NCBI GenBank assembly: GCA_902536295.1
Contig: CACAWS010000003.1
Span: 41,606 to 105,605 of the forward strand
DNA from: an uncultured SAR86 cluster bacterium
GTDB taxonomy: Bacteria > Pseudomonadota > Gammaproteobacteria > Magnimaribacterales > AG-339-G14
DNA: 64,000 nucleotides
Direction: 5' to 3'
In this document: one piece after another, positions 47,694 through 57,170 of the stretch
Layout of the letters: each line of letters starts with the position of its first letter
Numbering within the stretch: the first letter of the stretch is position 1
The notes under the pieces: model-generated
Databases searched by the model: none
The model's input: the letters and a program-made list of their open reading frames with translations, nothing else
Told to the model about the DNA's origin: nothing
Program-made: the position numbers and the translations under genes

Positions 47694-48312
47694 TTTTTCT
47701 CTTTTCAGCCAAAGCAATCTTTTCATACTTGGTAATTGAATCTAATTTCTGGTCAGCAGCCTCTTTGTAATTTTTAAAAACTTTTTTTAAGTAAATTTCT
47801 ATTTCGTCTGCATAGTCTTGCCAATCGGTTTTGATTCTTAAAGTCCCGTTTTCTCTCATTATTTTTTTAATATTCATTAAAAAATTTTCCGAAATAAGTC
47901 TTCTTTTATTATGTTTTCTTTTAGGCCATGGATCTGGGAAAAAAATAATAACTTCATCAAAACAACTAAAATGATTATTTTTTTCTAAAACGTCAACAGC
48001 ATCTCCTAATATCACTTTTAAATTATCTATTCCTTCGGTTTCAGCAATATTTAAAACGTTTGCCACTCCCATTTCATAAACCTCTATTCCAATATAAAAA
48101 GAGTCAAGATTTTGTCTTGCGTTTATCAGTAAATTGCCTCCATCTCCGAACCCAATTTCTAAAATATTCTTTTGCTCAGGATTTAAAAAATTAAAATTTT
48201 GAAAATCCTTGTCTTTAAAAAAAAATTTAGTGGGTGAAGTATTTAGAAGAAGTTTATTTTTTTTTGAAAGTCTATTCCGAGCTTTGACATAGCTTTTTAC
48301 AGTTCGATTCAA
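47671..48312 (-). CDS. trmB: tRNA (guanine46-N7)-methyltransferase
   Basis: Motifs ILEIGFGDGGNL and FFPDPWPKRKHNKRR. Confidence 0.92.
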   Translation of the reverse strand: MNRTVKSYVKARNRLSKKNKLLLNTSPTKFFFKDKDFQNFNFLNPEQKNILEIGFGDGGNLLINARQNLDSFYIGIEVYEMGVANVLNIAETEGIDNLKVILGDAVDVLEKNNHFSCFDEVIIFFPDPWPKRKHNKRRLISENFLMNIKKIMRENGTLRIKTDWQDYADEIEIYLKKVFKNYKEAADQKLDSITKYEKIALAEKRKISYFEVY

Positions 48313-49094
48313 GAGTTTATTCTCCCTTTTGTAGGAGAGCTGGGTGACCCACTGTTTCTTTTTGGAATTCTTCCTGCCAAAAAAGCTTTTCGCCCAGCAA
48401 TTGTTGCATCCCGCATCGCCTCAGCCATCATAATAGGATCTTTTGCACCCGCAATTGCCGTATTCAACAGCACTGCATCGCAGCCAAGCTCCATTGCTAA
48501 TGAAACTTCAGATGCAGTTCCAATTCCAGCGTCCACCAGAACAGGGCAAGCTAGTTTTTTGACTATAGTTTGAATTGCATCTGGATTAACTATCCCAAGA
48601 CCTGAGCCAATTGGTGCAGCCAAAGGCATAACTGCACAGCACCCTATATCCTCTAGCTTAAGCGCATAATCGATTTCATCTGTGCAGTAGACCATTACTT
48701 CAAAACCATCGCTTACTAACTCTTTGGCAGCTTCAAGCGTTTCGTCCATTAAGGGCAACAAGGAATGGGGGTCTGATAAAACTTCTAGCTTTACTAAATT
48801 TGAATTTGAAAGCATTTCTCTGCCCAATCTAGCAACCCTTACTGCGTCAGATGCACTAAAGCATCCTGCAGTATTGGGAAGAATTGTAAATTTTTCTGGA
48901 GAGATGTAATTTAAAATGCACTCTTCTCTTAACTTAGAATCAATTGCAACCCTTCTAATTGCAACAGTAACTATTTCCGCTCCTGAAGCTTCAATTGCTT
49001 TTACAGCGACTTGTTCATTTTTATATTTACCGGTGCCTACTAAAAGTCTAGATGAAAAATCTTTACCTGCAATCTTCAGTTTATCTTCAGACAA
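48309..49094 (-). CDS. thiG: thiazole synthase
   Basis: Motifs FSSRLLVGTGKY, VLPNTAGC, AVMPLAAPIGSGLG and DAGIGTASE. The TTG start abuts the thiS stop. Confidence 0.93.
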   Translation of the reverse strand: MSEDKLKIAGKDFSSRLLVGTGKYKNEQVAVKAIEASGAEIVTVAIRRVAIDSKLREECILNYISPEKFTILPNTAGCFSASDAVRVARLGREMLSNSNLVKLEVLSDPHSLLPLMDETLEAAKELVSDGFEVMVYCTDEIDYALKLEDIGCCAVMPLAAPIGSGLGIVNPDAIQTIVKKLACPVLVDAGIGTASEVSLAMELGCDAVLLNTAIAGAKDPIMMAEAMRDATIAGRKAFLAGRIPKRNSGSPSSPTKGRINS

Positions 49095-49304
49095 TTAGCC
49101 TCCCCCTATCGCCCTAACTAATTCAACCTTATCATCTTGACTGAGCAAATAAGACCCCCATGAATCTCTAAAAATAATTTCGTCATTAATTTCAACCGCC
49201 ATAAACTTTGTGGAAAGATCCAACAATTCAAAAAGCTCTAAAACTGAAACTCTCTTAGGCAATTCATATGATTCTCCATTTAAGACTATGCTTAATCCAT
49301 TCAT
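49095..49304 (-). CDS. thiS: sulfur-carrier protein ThiS
   Basis: 69 aa with a beta-grasp-like sequence ending ...VELVRAIGGG (C-terminal Gly-Gly). Confidence 0.88.
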   Translation of the reverse strand: MNGLSIVLNGESYELPKRVSVLELFELLDLSTKFMAVEINDEIIFRDSWGSYLLSQDDKVELVRAIGGG

Positions 49305-49317
49305 AAAAATTTAATAT

Positions 49318-50169
49318 TTAGGAAATATAGCTTTTGACTTTTTCCATAGCAGCTTTTTCAATCTGCCTAATTCTTTCAGCGCTTACGCCATATTTATCTG
49401 CTAATTCATGAAGAGTTAACTTTTGATCCTGCAACCAACGATCAATTAAAATTTCCTTACTTCTGGAATCTAAAGCTGACAAAGCTGTATGAAGAAGTTC
49501 ATGGCTATACTCCTCAGAGTCCTCTCTTTCAATTAAATCCGCTGGATCTTTCGTTTCATCTGCTAAAAAGCCTGCAGGAGAAAAAGAAGCTTCTTCATCG
49601 TTGGCTTCAGTAGGAGGATCAAAAGACATGTCAGTAGATGAAAGTCGCGACTCCATCTCTTTTACAGATTTTTCGTCCACTCCTAATTCATCTGATATTG
49701 TCTTTATCTCATCGTCGGTTAACCAATTTAATTCTTTTTTTTGACTTCTTAAGTTAAAAAATAGCTTTCTTTGTGCTTTTGTAGTTGCAACCTTAACAAT
49801 TTTCCAATTTTTAATAATGTATTCGTGCATTTCCGATTTAATCCAATGAACCGCAAATGAAATTAACCTTACACCAACTTCAGGGTTAAATTTTCTAACT
49901 GCTTTCATGAGACCTACGTTTCCTTCTTGAATCAAATCAGCTTGAGGCAACCCATACCCTGAATATCCCCTAGCAATGTGAACAACAAATCTAAGATGGG
50001 CCATTACTAGTTGTCTTGCAGCCTCTAAGTCATTTCTATAGTAAAGATCTTCCGCAAGACGTTTTTCCTCCTCAGGAGTTAGGATAGCTATATTTTGAAC
50101 GGATGAAAGATATGCTTCCAGGTTTTGACCTGGTGCTGAAACGTCCATAGGTTGTAATTCTTTACCCAT
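49318..50169 (-). CDS. rpoH: RNA polymerase sigma-32 factor
   Basis: Motifs DLIQEGNVGLMKAVRKFNP, the RpoH box QRKLFFNLR, and region 4 LADKYGVSAERIRQIE. Confidence 0.95.
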   Translation of the reverse strand: MGKELQPMDVSAPGQNLEAYLSSVQNIAILTPEEEKRLAEDLYYRNDLEAARQLVMAHLRFVVHIARGYSGYGLPQADLIQEGNVGLMKAVRKFNPEVGVRLISFAVHWIKSEMHEYIIKNWKIVKVATTKAQRKLFFNLRSQKKELNWLTDDEIKTISDELGVDEKSVKEMESRLSSTDMSFDPPTEANDEEASFSPAGFLADETKDPADLIEREDSEEYSHELLHTALSALDSRSKEILIDRWLQDQKLTLHELADKYGVSAERIRQIEKAAMEKVKSYIS

Positions 50170-50195
50170 ATGATTAATTTTATCTCAAAATTAAA

Positions 50196-50222
50196 ATTAT
50201 ATACAAAGTAGATTATTGTCAA
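50196..50222 (-). promoter_or_regulatory. candidate sigma-70 promoter for rpoH (TTGACA-15 nt-TATAAT on the minus strand)
   Basis: TGTCAA at 50217-50222 and ATTATA at 50196-50201 on the plus strand are perfect hexamers on the minus strand. The spacer is short (15 nt). The -10 element ends about 27 nt upstream of the rpoH ATG. Confidence 0.35.
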
Positions 50223-50236
50223 AAAAGGTACAATTT

Positions 50237-51046
50237 TTAAAATTTAGCTATTTTTTTTATTTTCTTTGTATTTTCTGAACTAGCTAATGCAATAAAGCCA
50301 TTTATTTTTTTAAAAAAATCATACTTATAGACCTCATCCTTAGTATTTTTGAAAATTATTTCACCGCCCAGTGATTCTAATATAGCTTGTCCGGCAGCTA
50401 GATCCCATTGATATACAGGACCAAATCTAGGGTAAACATCACTTGCGCCGGCGCAGAGATCACAAAACTTTAACGAACTTCCTTTTTCGATAACTTCAAC
50501 TTTAGGATAAGTTTGTTTAAGGTATTTAAAAAAATTTTTTTCATATTGATTAGAATGGCTTTTACTCACACTTACAACGCATATTTCTGAAATAGATTTT
50601 GGATTTAAGTTCTGAAACTTTTTATCTTTAAAAATTCTAGCAGGTTTACTTTTTGAGCCTATGTAAATTTTTTTTTCAACCGGTTCTGATATAGCTCCTA
50701 AGACAGATTTTCCTTGCTCAACTAAAGCAATATTTATAGAAAAATTTTTTGAACCTTTTATAAATTCCTTAGTACCGTCTAATGGATCAATCAGCCAAAA
50801 AGAATCATCATTTCTTTTGGAAGTTTTTTTTGAGCCTTCTTCAGATAAAATAGGTATTTCAGGAGTAATTTTTTTTAATTGCTCTTCTAAAAATTCATTT
50901 ATCGCAATGTCTGCCTCTGAAACAGGTGATAAATCCTCTTTTCTCTTTGATTTAAGAGATTTATAGCTACCAAAATAATTTAAAGCTAGCTTTGAAGCTG
51001 ACGTTAGGATGTTAAGTAAATCAGAATCTAAATCAAGTGTATTCAT
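50237..51046 (-). CDS. cysQ: 3'(2'),5'-bisphosphate nucleotidase (inositol monophosphatase family)
   Basis: Motifs PVSEADIAIN, FWLIDPLDGTKEFI and WDLAAGQAIL. Confidence 0.82.
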   Translation of the reverse strand: MNTLDLDSDLLNILTSASKLALNYFGSYKSLKSKRKEDLSPVSEADIAINEFLEEQLKKITPEIPILSEEGSKKTSKRNDDSFWLIDPLDGTKEFIKGSKNFSINIALVEQGKSVLGAISEPVEKKIYIGSKSKPARIFKDKKFQNLNPKSISEICVVSVSKSHSNQYEKNFFKYLKQTYPKVEVIEKGSSLKFCDLCAGASDVYPRFGPVYQWDLAAGQAILESLGGEIIFKNTKDEVYKYDFFKKINGFIALASSENTKKIKKIAKF

Positions 51047-51113
51047 TTATAAGCTCGGTAACTTTAAAAATTATCTAATTGATTTACAATGATTTCTTGA
51101 ATAAATAAAAACT

Positions 51114-51296
51114 ATGGAAAACGAAATAGAATTAGTAAAAAAAGCTGAAGAAATTTCTAAAGGTCTAAAAAGACTTAGTAAAAAAAGCAGAAAAGTTGTT
51201 TTGCCTTACCATAGCTCTTATGATTTGATAGATGAACTAGAAGACATAGCTGATAGTTTGCTAAACGACTTAAAGTCAAGAAAACAGGAGAATTAA
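51114..51296 (+). CDS. hypothetical 60-aa charged helical protein
   Basis: The ORF ends in TAA directly abutting the ATG of the next gene (TAAATG). I recognise no motif. Confidence 0.4.
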   Translation: MENEIELVKKAEEISKGLKRLSKKSRKVVLPYHSSYDLIDELEDIADSLLNDLKSRKQEN

Positions 51297-52160
51297 ATGA
51301 CTTACGAAAGTTTTGATTTCAAAAAAGAAAATGGAATTGGTCACCTAAAACTTAACAAAGGTGAAGATTTCAATAAAATGACATTGAATTTTTGGTACGA
51401 ATTACCAAGGGTCCTTGAAGATATAAAAAAAGATACCTCTCTGCGAGTTTTGATTTTATCTTCAACAGGAAAACATTTTTGTGCAGGCATGGACCTTGCC
51501 AACTTTGGAACTCTAGGGTCAGGTGACACCAAAAAAGATAATAGACCAGATAAAGCGAGGTCAGGAGAAGTTCTATACAGAGTTGCAATGGAACTCCAAG
51601 AAAATTTATCCAAGCTAGAAAAACTCAGAATTCCTGTTATATGTGGAATCCAAGGTGGTTGTATCGGAGGCGGATTAGACATGGCAACTGCTGCCGACTT
51701 AAGATTTGCTACTAAAGATGCTTTTTTCTGCATCCAAGAAGTAAACATAGGAATGGCAGCTGACATAGGAACTCTTCAACGCTTGCCTAGAGTTATCCCC
51801 GAAGGAAAAGTTAGAGAATTAGCTTACACCGGAAGAAGAATGTATGCAGAGGAATCACTTAGTTGTGGCTTGGTTAATAATGTCTACGAAACTCATGAGG
51901 ACATGCTGGCCGGAATGGAAGAAATTGCTTTGGAAATTGCCTCAAAAAGCCCTTTGGCTGTTTACGGAACAAAAGCTATTTTAAATTTCTCAAGAGATCA
52001 CACTGTAGCTGAAGGCTTGGAATATAATGCTTTGTGGAGCGGTGCAATGCTTCCTCAAGAAGATATGGCTGAGGCTATGATGTCAAAAGTTGAGAAACGA
52101 GACCCTCAATTTGAAGACATTCTTGAAATCAAAGAATACGGTAAAGCTAATAAAGCTTAA
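51297..52160 (+). CDS. crotonase-superfamily enzyme, ECH1 (delta3,5-delta2,4-dienoyl-CoA isomerase)-like
   Basis: Motifs GKHFCAGMDL, GGCIGGGLDMATAADLRF and QEVNIGMAADIGTLQRLPRVI. Confidence 0.82.
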   Translation: MTYESFDFKKENGIGHLKLNKGEDFNKMTLNFWYELPRVLEDIKKDTSLRVLILSSTGKHFCAGMDLANFGTLGSGDTKKDNRPDKARSGEVLYRVAMELQENLSKLEKLRIPVICGIQGGCIGGGLDMATAADLRFATKDAFFCIQEVNIGMAADIGTLQRLPRVIPEGKVRELAYTGRRMYAEESLSCGLVNNVYETHEDMLAGMEEIALEIASKSPLAVYGTKAILNFSRDHTVAEGLEYNALWSGAMLPQEDMAEAMMSKVEKRDPQFEDILEIKEYGKANKA

Positions 52161-52163
52161 AAA

Positions 52164-52937
52164 CTAAAGCTTTCTTAAAAATACTGGAGCATTATCTGAA
52201 GATAACTTGGAGGAGAATCTATAACCTTCGTAATCAAACTTACTAATATCTTTTGGATCCTTTAAGTTATTTGACATAATAAATCTAGTCATCAGTCCAC
52301 GGGCTTTTTTTGCGTGAAAGCTTATTATTTTGTAATCACCATTTTTATAATCTTTGAAAACTGGAGATATTACTTCTGCTCTAATCATTTCTTTATCTAA
52401 AACAGAAAAGTATTCATTGGATGCAAGATTTACCAATACATTAGTTTTCTGGATTTTTAAGTCTTTATTCAATGCTTCAGTTAAATCAGTTTTCCAGAAT
52501 TCATACAGATTATCCGAATTTCCAATTCTTAACTTCGTGCCCATCTCTAGTCTATATGGAGCTATTAGATCTAGGGGTTTTAAAAGACCATATAGCCCTG
52601 ATAATATTCTTAAATATTTTTGAGAATAATTAATTGTACTTTTGTCTAGAGAAGAAATATCTAGACCTTTGTAGACATCTCCTTGAAAAGCAAAGACTGA
52701 CTGTTTTGAATCAGGTCCAGGTGAAGAATTTTGTTTCCAACTTTGAAACCTCTCAAAATTAAGAAAACCTAAATTTTCACTAATTTTCATCAACTCAGAA
52801 ATCATTTCTGGATCATAATTACGCATCTCCTTTACAAGAGATTCCGATTTACTTATAAAAGCAGGCTCTGAAAAACCTACTTTGCTCTCTAAAGGAGAAT
52901 AATCTAAAGTCTTTGCTGGCGATATAATTACTAACAT
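52164..52937 (-). CDS. yaaA: peroxide stress protein YaaA (DUF328)
   Basis: Motifs MLVIISPAKTLDY, YRLEMG and ISFHAKKARG. Confidence 0.9.
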   Translation of the reverse strand: MLVIISPAKTLDYSPLESKVGFSEPAFISKSESLVKEMRNYDPEMISELMKISENLGFLNFERFQSWKQNSSPGPDSKQSVFAFQGDVYKGLDISSLDKSTINYSQKYLRILSGLYGLLKPLDLIAPYRLEMGTKLRIGNSDNLYEFWKTDLTEALNKDLKIQKTNVLVNLASNEYFSVLDKEMIRAEVISPVFKDYKNGDYKIISFHAKKARGLMTRFIMSNNLKDPKDISKFDYEGYRFSSKLSSDNAPVFLRKL

Positions 52938-52958
52938 ACTTTTATATAAAATTTACAA

Positions 52959-53462
52959 ATGTTTAAAAATATTAACCAAATTTGCCAATCTATACTAATA
53001 TTTTTTCCAAAATTTATGGGGAAAATCAGTATCTGGTTTTTGTTTCTCATGATTCTTTTGACAACGTTTGTTGTAATTGCGAGATATCTTTTCGGAATTG
53101 GAATCTTAAGCCTGCAAGAGTTAATAATATACGCTCATGGTATTACTTTTCTGATTTGTGCTGCCTATGCGATGAGTGAAGATCAACATGTTAGAGTCGA
53201 TATCTTTTATAGAAGATTTTCAGATAAGAAAAAAAAGGCTATAAATTTATTCGGCAATATATTTTTACTTCAACCGATGATATGGACGATATTATTGTTA
53301 TCTTTTGACTACGTTTCTTTTTCTTGGGAAATAAAAGAAGTCTCTGCAGAACCTGGAGGGCTTCCTTTCGTTTACTTATATAAATCGACTATTTTAATTT
53401 TTTCTATTCTTTTATTGATGCAAAGTTTTGCAAATATACTTTCGTATTTTAGTGATGATTGA
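52959..53462 (+). CDS. dctQ: TRAP transporter small permease subunit
   Basis: 167 aa with four hydrophobic helices and a conserved DQHVRVDIF motif. It immediately precedes and overlaps the large permease gene. Confidence 0.8.
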   Translation: MFKNINQICQSILIFFPKFMGKISIWFLFLMILLTTFVVIARYLFGIGILSLQELIIYAHGITFLICAAYAMSEDQHVRVDIFYRRFSDKKKKAINLFGNIFLLQPMIWTILLLSFDYVSFSWEIKEVSAEPGGLPFVYLYKSTILIFSILLLMQSFANILSYFSDD

Positions 53463-54825
53463 ATTTTTACCCTTACTACTTTTTTTTGTAATTTGCATAA
53501 GTCTTCTTTTAGGCTACCCAGTAGCTTTTACTCTTGGAGGGGTCTCTATCCTTTTTGCAATGATCGCAAGTTTATTTGGACTTTTTGACCTAACACTTTT
53601 AGAAACAATGCCAAATAGACTATTTGGCATCATGACTAACTCAACCTTAGTAGCTGTTCCACTATTCATCTTTATGGGAGTAACATTAGAAAAATCTAAA
53701 ATTGCTGAACTTTTATTAACCTCAATGTCAAAACTCTTTAGCCGCTATAAAAGTGGTTTAGGTATTTCAATTTTATTTGTAGGCACTATGCTTGCCGCGA
53801 GTACAGGGATCGTTGGAGCAACAGTTATCGCGATGGGGTTAATATCTTTGCCAGCTATGCTTAAAAGAGGATATTCTCAAAAGATATCTACGGGTTTAAT
53901 TGCAGCTACCGGAACTCTAGGTCAAATAATTCCTCCTTCCATTGCTTTGGTAATCCTTGGTGATGTGTTAGCAACTGCTTATCAACAATCTCAGCTTAAA
54001 ATTGGTAATTATGTTGCCAAGTCTCTTTCCGTTGGAGATTTGTTCATGGCTGCAATAGTTCCAGGGATCATATTGGTATTAATTTATGGTCTTTACTTTG
54101 TTATCGCTCTAAGAAAACAAGAATTAAATACATTCAGTGAATCAAAAAATGATAATTTATTCAAACTTCTTTCTACGTTAGTTCCGCCATTTTTTTTAAT
54201 ATTTGCTGTTTTAGGATCTATTATTTTAGGAGTCGCTTCGCCAACTGAGGCCGCTGGAATAGGGGCTCTTGGAGCAATTTTAATTGCACTATTTCATAAA
54301 AAACTAACTATACAAATTTTAAAAGAAACCACTAAGCAAAGTGCATTTATCTCTTCAATGGTTTTTTTAATTTTGATCGGGGCATCTATTTTTTCTTTAG
54401 TCTTTAGAGGTTTAGGAGGTGAAGAGCTTATTACAGAAATCTTTAACATGATTCCAGGTGGTTTATTTGGAGCAATGATCTTAGTGATGTTATTAGTTTT
54501 TATTCTTGGTTTTATTTTAGATTTTATTGAAATTACATTTATAGTGGTTCCAATAGTTGGACCCATCTTAATGGCTATGGGCGCAGACCCATTATGGTTA
54601 GGAGTATTGTTAGCAATAAACTTACAGACATCTTTCTTGACCCCTCCATTTGGTTTTGCTCTTTTTTATTTAAGAAGCGTAGTTCCTGAAAAAATAAAAA
54701 CCGAAACCATGTATGAAGGAGTCTTGCCTTTTATTGTCATCCAAATCTTTGTCTTGTGTCTAGTTGCTTATTTTCCAACTTTAGCAACTTTCCTACCAAA
54801 TCTAATTTTTAGTAACTCATATTGA
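53455..54825 (+). CDS. dctM: TRAP transporter large permease subunit
   Basis: It is polytopic and about 456 aa from the ATG at 53455 (ATGATTGA overlap with the dctQ stop). The motifs GTLGQIIPPSIALVI and LTPPFGFALFYL are typical of DctM. Confidence 0.88.
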   Translation: MIEFLPLLLFFVICISLLLGYPVAFTLGGVSILFAMIASLFGLFDLTLLETMPNRLFGIMTNSTLVAVPLFIFMGVTLEKSKIAELLLTSMSKLFSRYKSGLGISILFVGTMLAASTGIVGATVIAMGLISLPAMLKRGYSQKISTGLIAATGTLGQIIPPSIALVILGDVLATAYQQSQLKIGNYVAKSLSVGDLFMAAIVPGIILVLIYGLYFVIALRKQELNTFSESKNDNLFKLLSTLVPPFFLIFAVLGSIILGVASPTEAAGIGALGAILIALFHKKLTIQILKETTKQSAFISSMVFLILIGASIFSLVFRGLGGEELITEIFNMIPGGLFGAMILVMLLVFILGFILDFIEITFIVVPIVGPILMAMGADPLWLGVLLAINLQTSFLTPPFGFALFYLRSVVPEKIKTETMYEGVLPFIVIQIFVLCLVAYFPTLATFLPNLIFSNSY

Positions 54826-54860
54826 ATTACTTTTTCTGATATATTAAAAAAATGTTCATT

Positions 54861-55952
54861 ATGAAAAAGATTCTATTTATATTTAGCTTTTTATTAATAT
54901 CTTGCTCGGAAGATCTAAGTCAAAAAGCCAAAGATTTTAGTCAAAATAAAATAATTATCGACTCTCATATAGATACCCCTTTTCAAATATGGCGCCAAAA
55001 AAATAATACTGGTGCTAGTGATGATATTACTAAAAGCACTTCCTTCCATTTTGACTATCCGAGAGCTGTTGAGGGTGGATTAAATCTTCCTTTTTTTGCA
55101 ATTTTTATTCCTGCTAGAACGGAGCCAGAAGGAACATCTTTTGATTTAGCTGTTGAACTAATAAATATGATGAATGAAATCATTTCCAATAACCCCGACA
55201 AATTTACTTTCATAAAAAACCCTTCTGATATATCAATACTTGAACAAGATAAGAACTTAGTGGGGATTGCTTATGGAATTGAAAATGGAGCTCCGATAGA
55301 AGGGAAACTTGAAAATATTAAGTTTTTTGCAGATCTTGGAGTTAACTACATTACTTTAGCTCACGCAAAAAGTAATCATATATCTGACAGTTCTTATGAT
55401 GAGAATAAAAGATGGAAAGATGGACTCAGCCCTTTCGGTTTTGAGGTGGTTAAAGAAATGAACAAACAAGGAGTTATGATTGATATTTCTCATGTATCAG
55501 ACACAGCATTTATGAAAGTCTTAGAGATAAGTGAAGCACCAGTAATTGCCACACACAGCTCCTTAAGACATTTCACTCCCGGTTGGGAAAGAAATGTTTC
55601 AGACGAGATGTTAAAAGCATTGGCAAAAAATAATGGAGTAATACAAATTTGTTTTGGCTCAGATTTTGTTGCCGACAGAAAGTCAAATCCAAACATGAAA
55701 GTTACAGTAAAAAATGTTGTGGACAATATAGATCGTGTCAAAAACCTTGTCGGTATAGATCACGTCGGTTTAGGCTCTGACTTCGACGGTGAAGTTCCTC
55801 TGCCAGAAGATATTAATGACGTATCAAAGTTTCCTAATTTAATTGAAGAACTTTTAATTAGAGGTTACTCAGAAGAGGAAATTGACAAAATTCTTAATGG
55901 AAATATCCTAAGAGTCTGGAAAGCGGTGAAAGAATTTGCTAAAAATACTTGA
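54861..55952 (+). CDS. M19-family membrane dipeptidase, predicted lipoprotein
   Basis: A lipobox (LLISC) follows MKKILFIFSF. Other motifs are IIDSHIDTPF, TLAHAKSN, MIDISHVSD, ATHSS and GLGSDFDG (a metal-ligand pattern of renal-dipeptidase-like enzymes). Confidence 0.82.
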   Translation: MKKILFIFSFLLISCSEDLSQKAKDFSQNKIIIDSHIDTPFQIWRQKNNTGASDDITKSTSFHFDYPRAVEGGLNLPFFAIFIPARTEPEGTSFDLAVELINMMNEIISNNPDKFTFIKNPSDISILEQDKNLVGIAYGIENGAPIEGKLENIKFFADLGVNYITLAHAKSNHISDSSYDENKRWKDGLSPFGFEVVKEMNKQGVMIDISHVSDTAFMKVLEISEAPVIATHSSLRHFTPGWERNVSDEMLKALAKNNGVIQICFGSDFVADRKSNPNMKVTVKNVVDNIDRVKNLVGIDHVGLGSDFDGEVPLPEDINDVSKFPNLIEELLIRGYSEEEIDKILNGNILRVWKAVKEFAKNT

Positions 55953-55958
55953 AATCTA

Positions 55959-57170
55959 ATGCAAAACGACTGGACCAAAATAAGAGCTAAAGTTAAATCT
56001 TTCATTGAAGAAGAGATATATCCCGTAGAAAAGAAGTTAGCAGAAAATTCCAAAGAATCTCAAAAAATCTTAAAAGGAATTACCCAAATGGCAAAAGATG
56101 AAAATATTTGGGCCCTAGGTCATCCGAAAGATATTGGCGGTGGAGGAATGCCCTTCATGGAATATGTTTATGTAAACGAAGTGATTGGAAGATCTGCATA
56201 TGCAAATGTTGGACTAGGAACAGTATCTCTTCAAGATTCAATAATGCTAAGGGAATTCGCTTCTAATCACTGGAGAGAGAAATATCTTGACCCTTTAGTT
56301 AAAGGAGAAATATTTCCAAGTTTTGGAATGACAGAGCCTGAAGTGGCGAGTTCTGATCCCACTCAGCTTCAAACAACAGCTGTTTTGGAAAACGGAACAT
56401 GGAGAATCAATGGAAGAAAATGGTTCACTACAGGCGCATCTAGAGCTGCTTACACCACAGTTATGTGTAAAACAGAACTTGATGCTCCAGGTCATGGTGC
56501 TTTTAGTATGATAATTGTTCCAACAGATAATCCTGGTTATAAAATAATTAGAGAAACTCCTGTCCTTGGAATCAATGGAGGACATTACGAAGTTGAATAT
56601 GACAACGTACAGGTGCCTGAAGAAAATTTATTAGGACCAAGAGGACAAGGTTTCTTGATAGCTCAAAAAAGATTGGGACCTGGAAGAATTTTTCACTGCA
56701 TGAGATGGTTGGGTCAAGCTCAAAGAGCTTTTGATCTTCTATGCTCAAGAATGCATGAAAGAGAAACTTTTGGAAGCGCCCTCACTCAAAAGCAACTTTT
56801 ACAAAAATTCGTTTTTGATAGTGCTTGTGAAATTCAATCTTCGAGACAATTAACTTTAGATGCAGCTAAAAGAATTGATCAGGGAGATGATGCAAGAATT
56901 GAAATAGGTTTAATTAAAGTAATTGGTGCTCAAATGCTCCACAACGTAATTGATCGTGCAATACAAGTCCATGGGGCAAAAGGACTTACGGACGACACCC
57001 CGCTAAGCTTAATGTATAGACATGCAAGAGAAGCTAGAATTTATGATGGCCCCGATGAAGTGCACATTCAATCTGTGGCAAAAAGAATTCTCAAAAATTA
57101 CGAAAATAATGGTTCTGGCTGGGATTTTGGAGAACGCGACGCTTCCTTGCAAAACCAATTAAATGGATAA
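55959..57170 (+). CDS. acyl-CoA dehydrogenase family protein, ACAD10/11 (LvaC-like) subtype
   Basis: Motifs FGMTEPEVASSDP, GPGRIFHCMRWLG and IYDGPDEVH, the last replacing the canonical YEGT catalytic-base motif. Confidence 0.85.
   Translation: MQNDWTKIRAKVKSFIEEEIYPVEKKLAENSKESQKILKGITQMAKDENIWALGHPKDIGGGGMPFMEYVYVNEVIGRSAYANVGLGTVSLQDSIMLREFASNHWREKYLDPLVKGEIFPSFGMTEPEVASSDPTQLQTTAVLENGTWRINGRKWFTTGASRAAYTTVMCKTELDAPGHGAFSMIIVPTDNPGYKIIRETPVLGINGGHYEVEYDNVQVPEENLLGPRGQGFLIAQKRLGPGRIFHCMRWLGQAQRAFDLLCSRMHERETFGSALTQKQLLQKFVFDSACEIQSSRQLTLDAAKRIDQGDDARIEIGLIKVIGAQMLHNVIDRAIQVHGAKGLTDDTPLSLMYRHAREARIYDGPDEVHIQSVAKRILKNYENNGSGWDFGERDASLQNQLNG

Noticed and set aside
51341-51766. 141-aa minus-strand ORF (and the nested 72-aa ORF at 51370-51588) antisense to the crotonase gene
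   Set aside because: It lies entirely inside a strongly supported plus-strand gene. The sequence is low-complexity with no recognisable motif. It is a shadow ORF.
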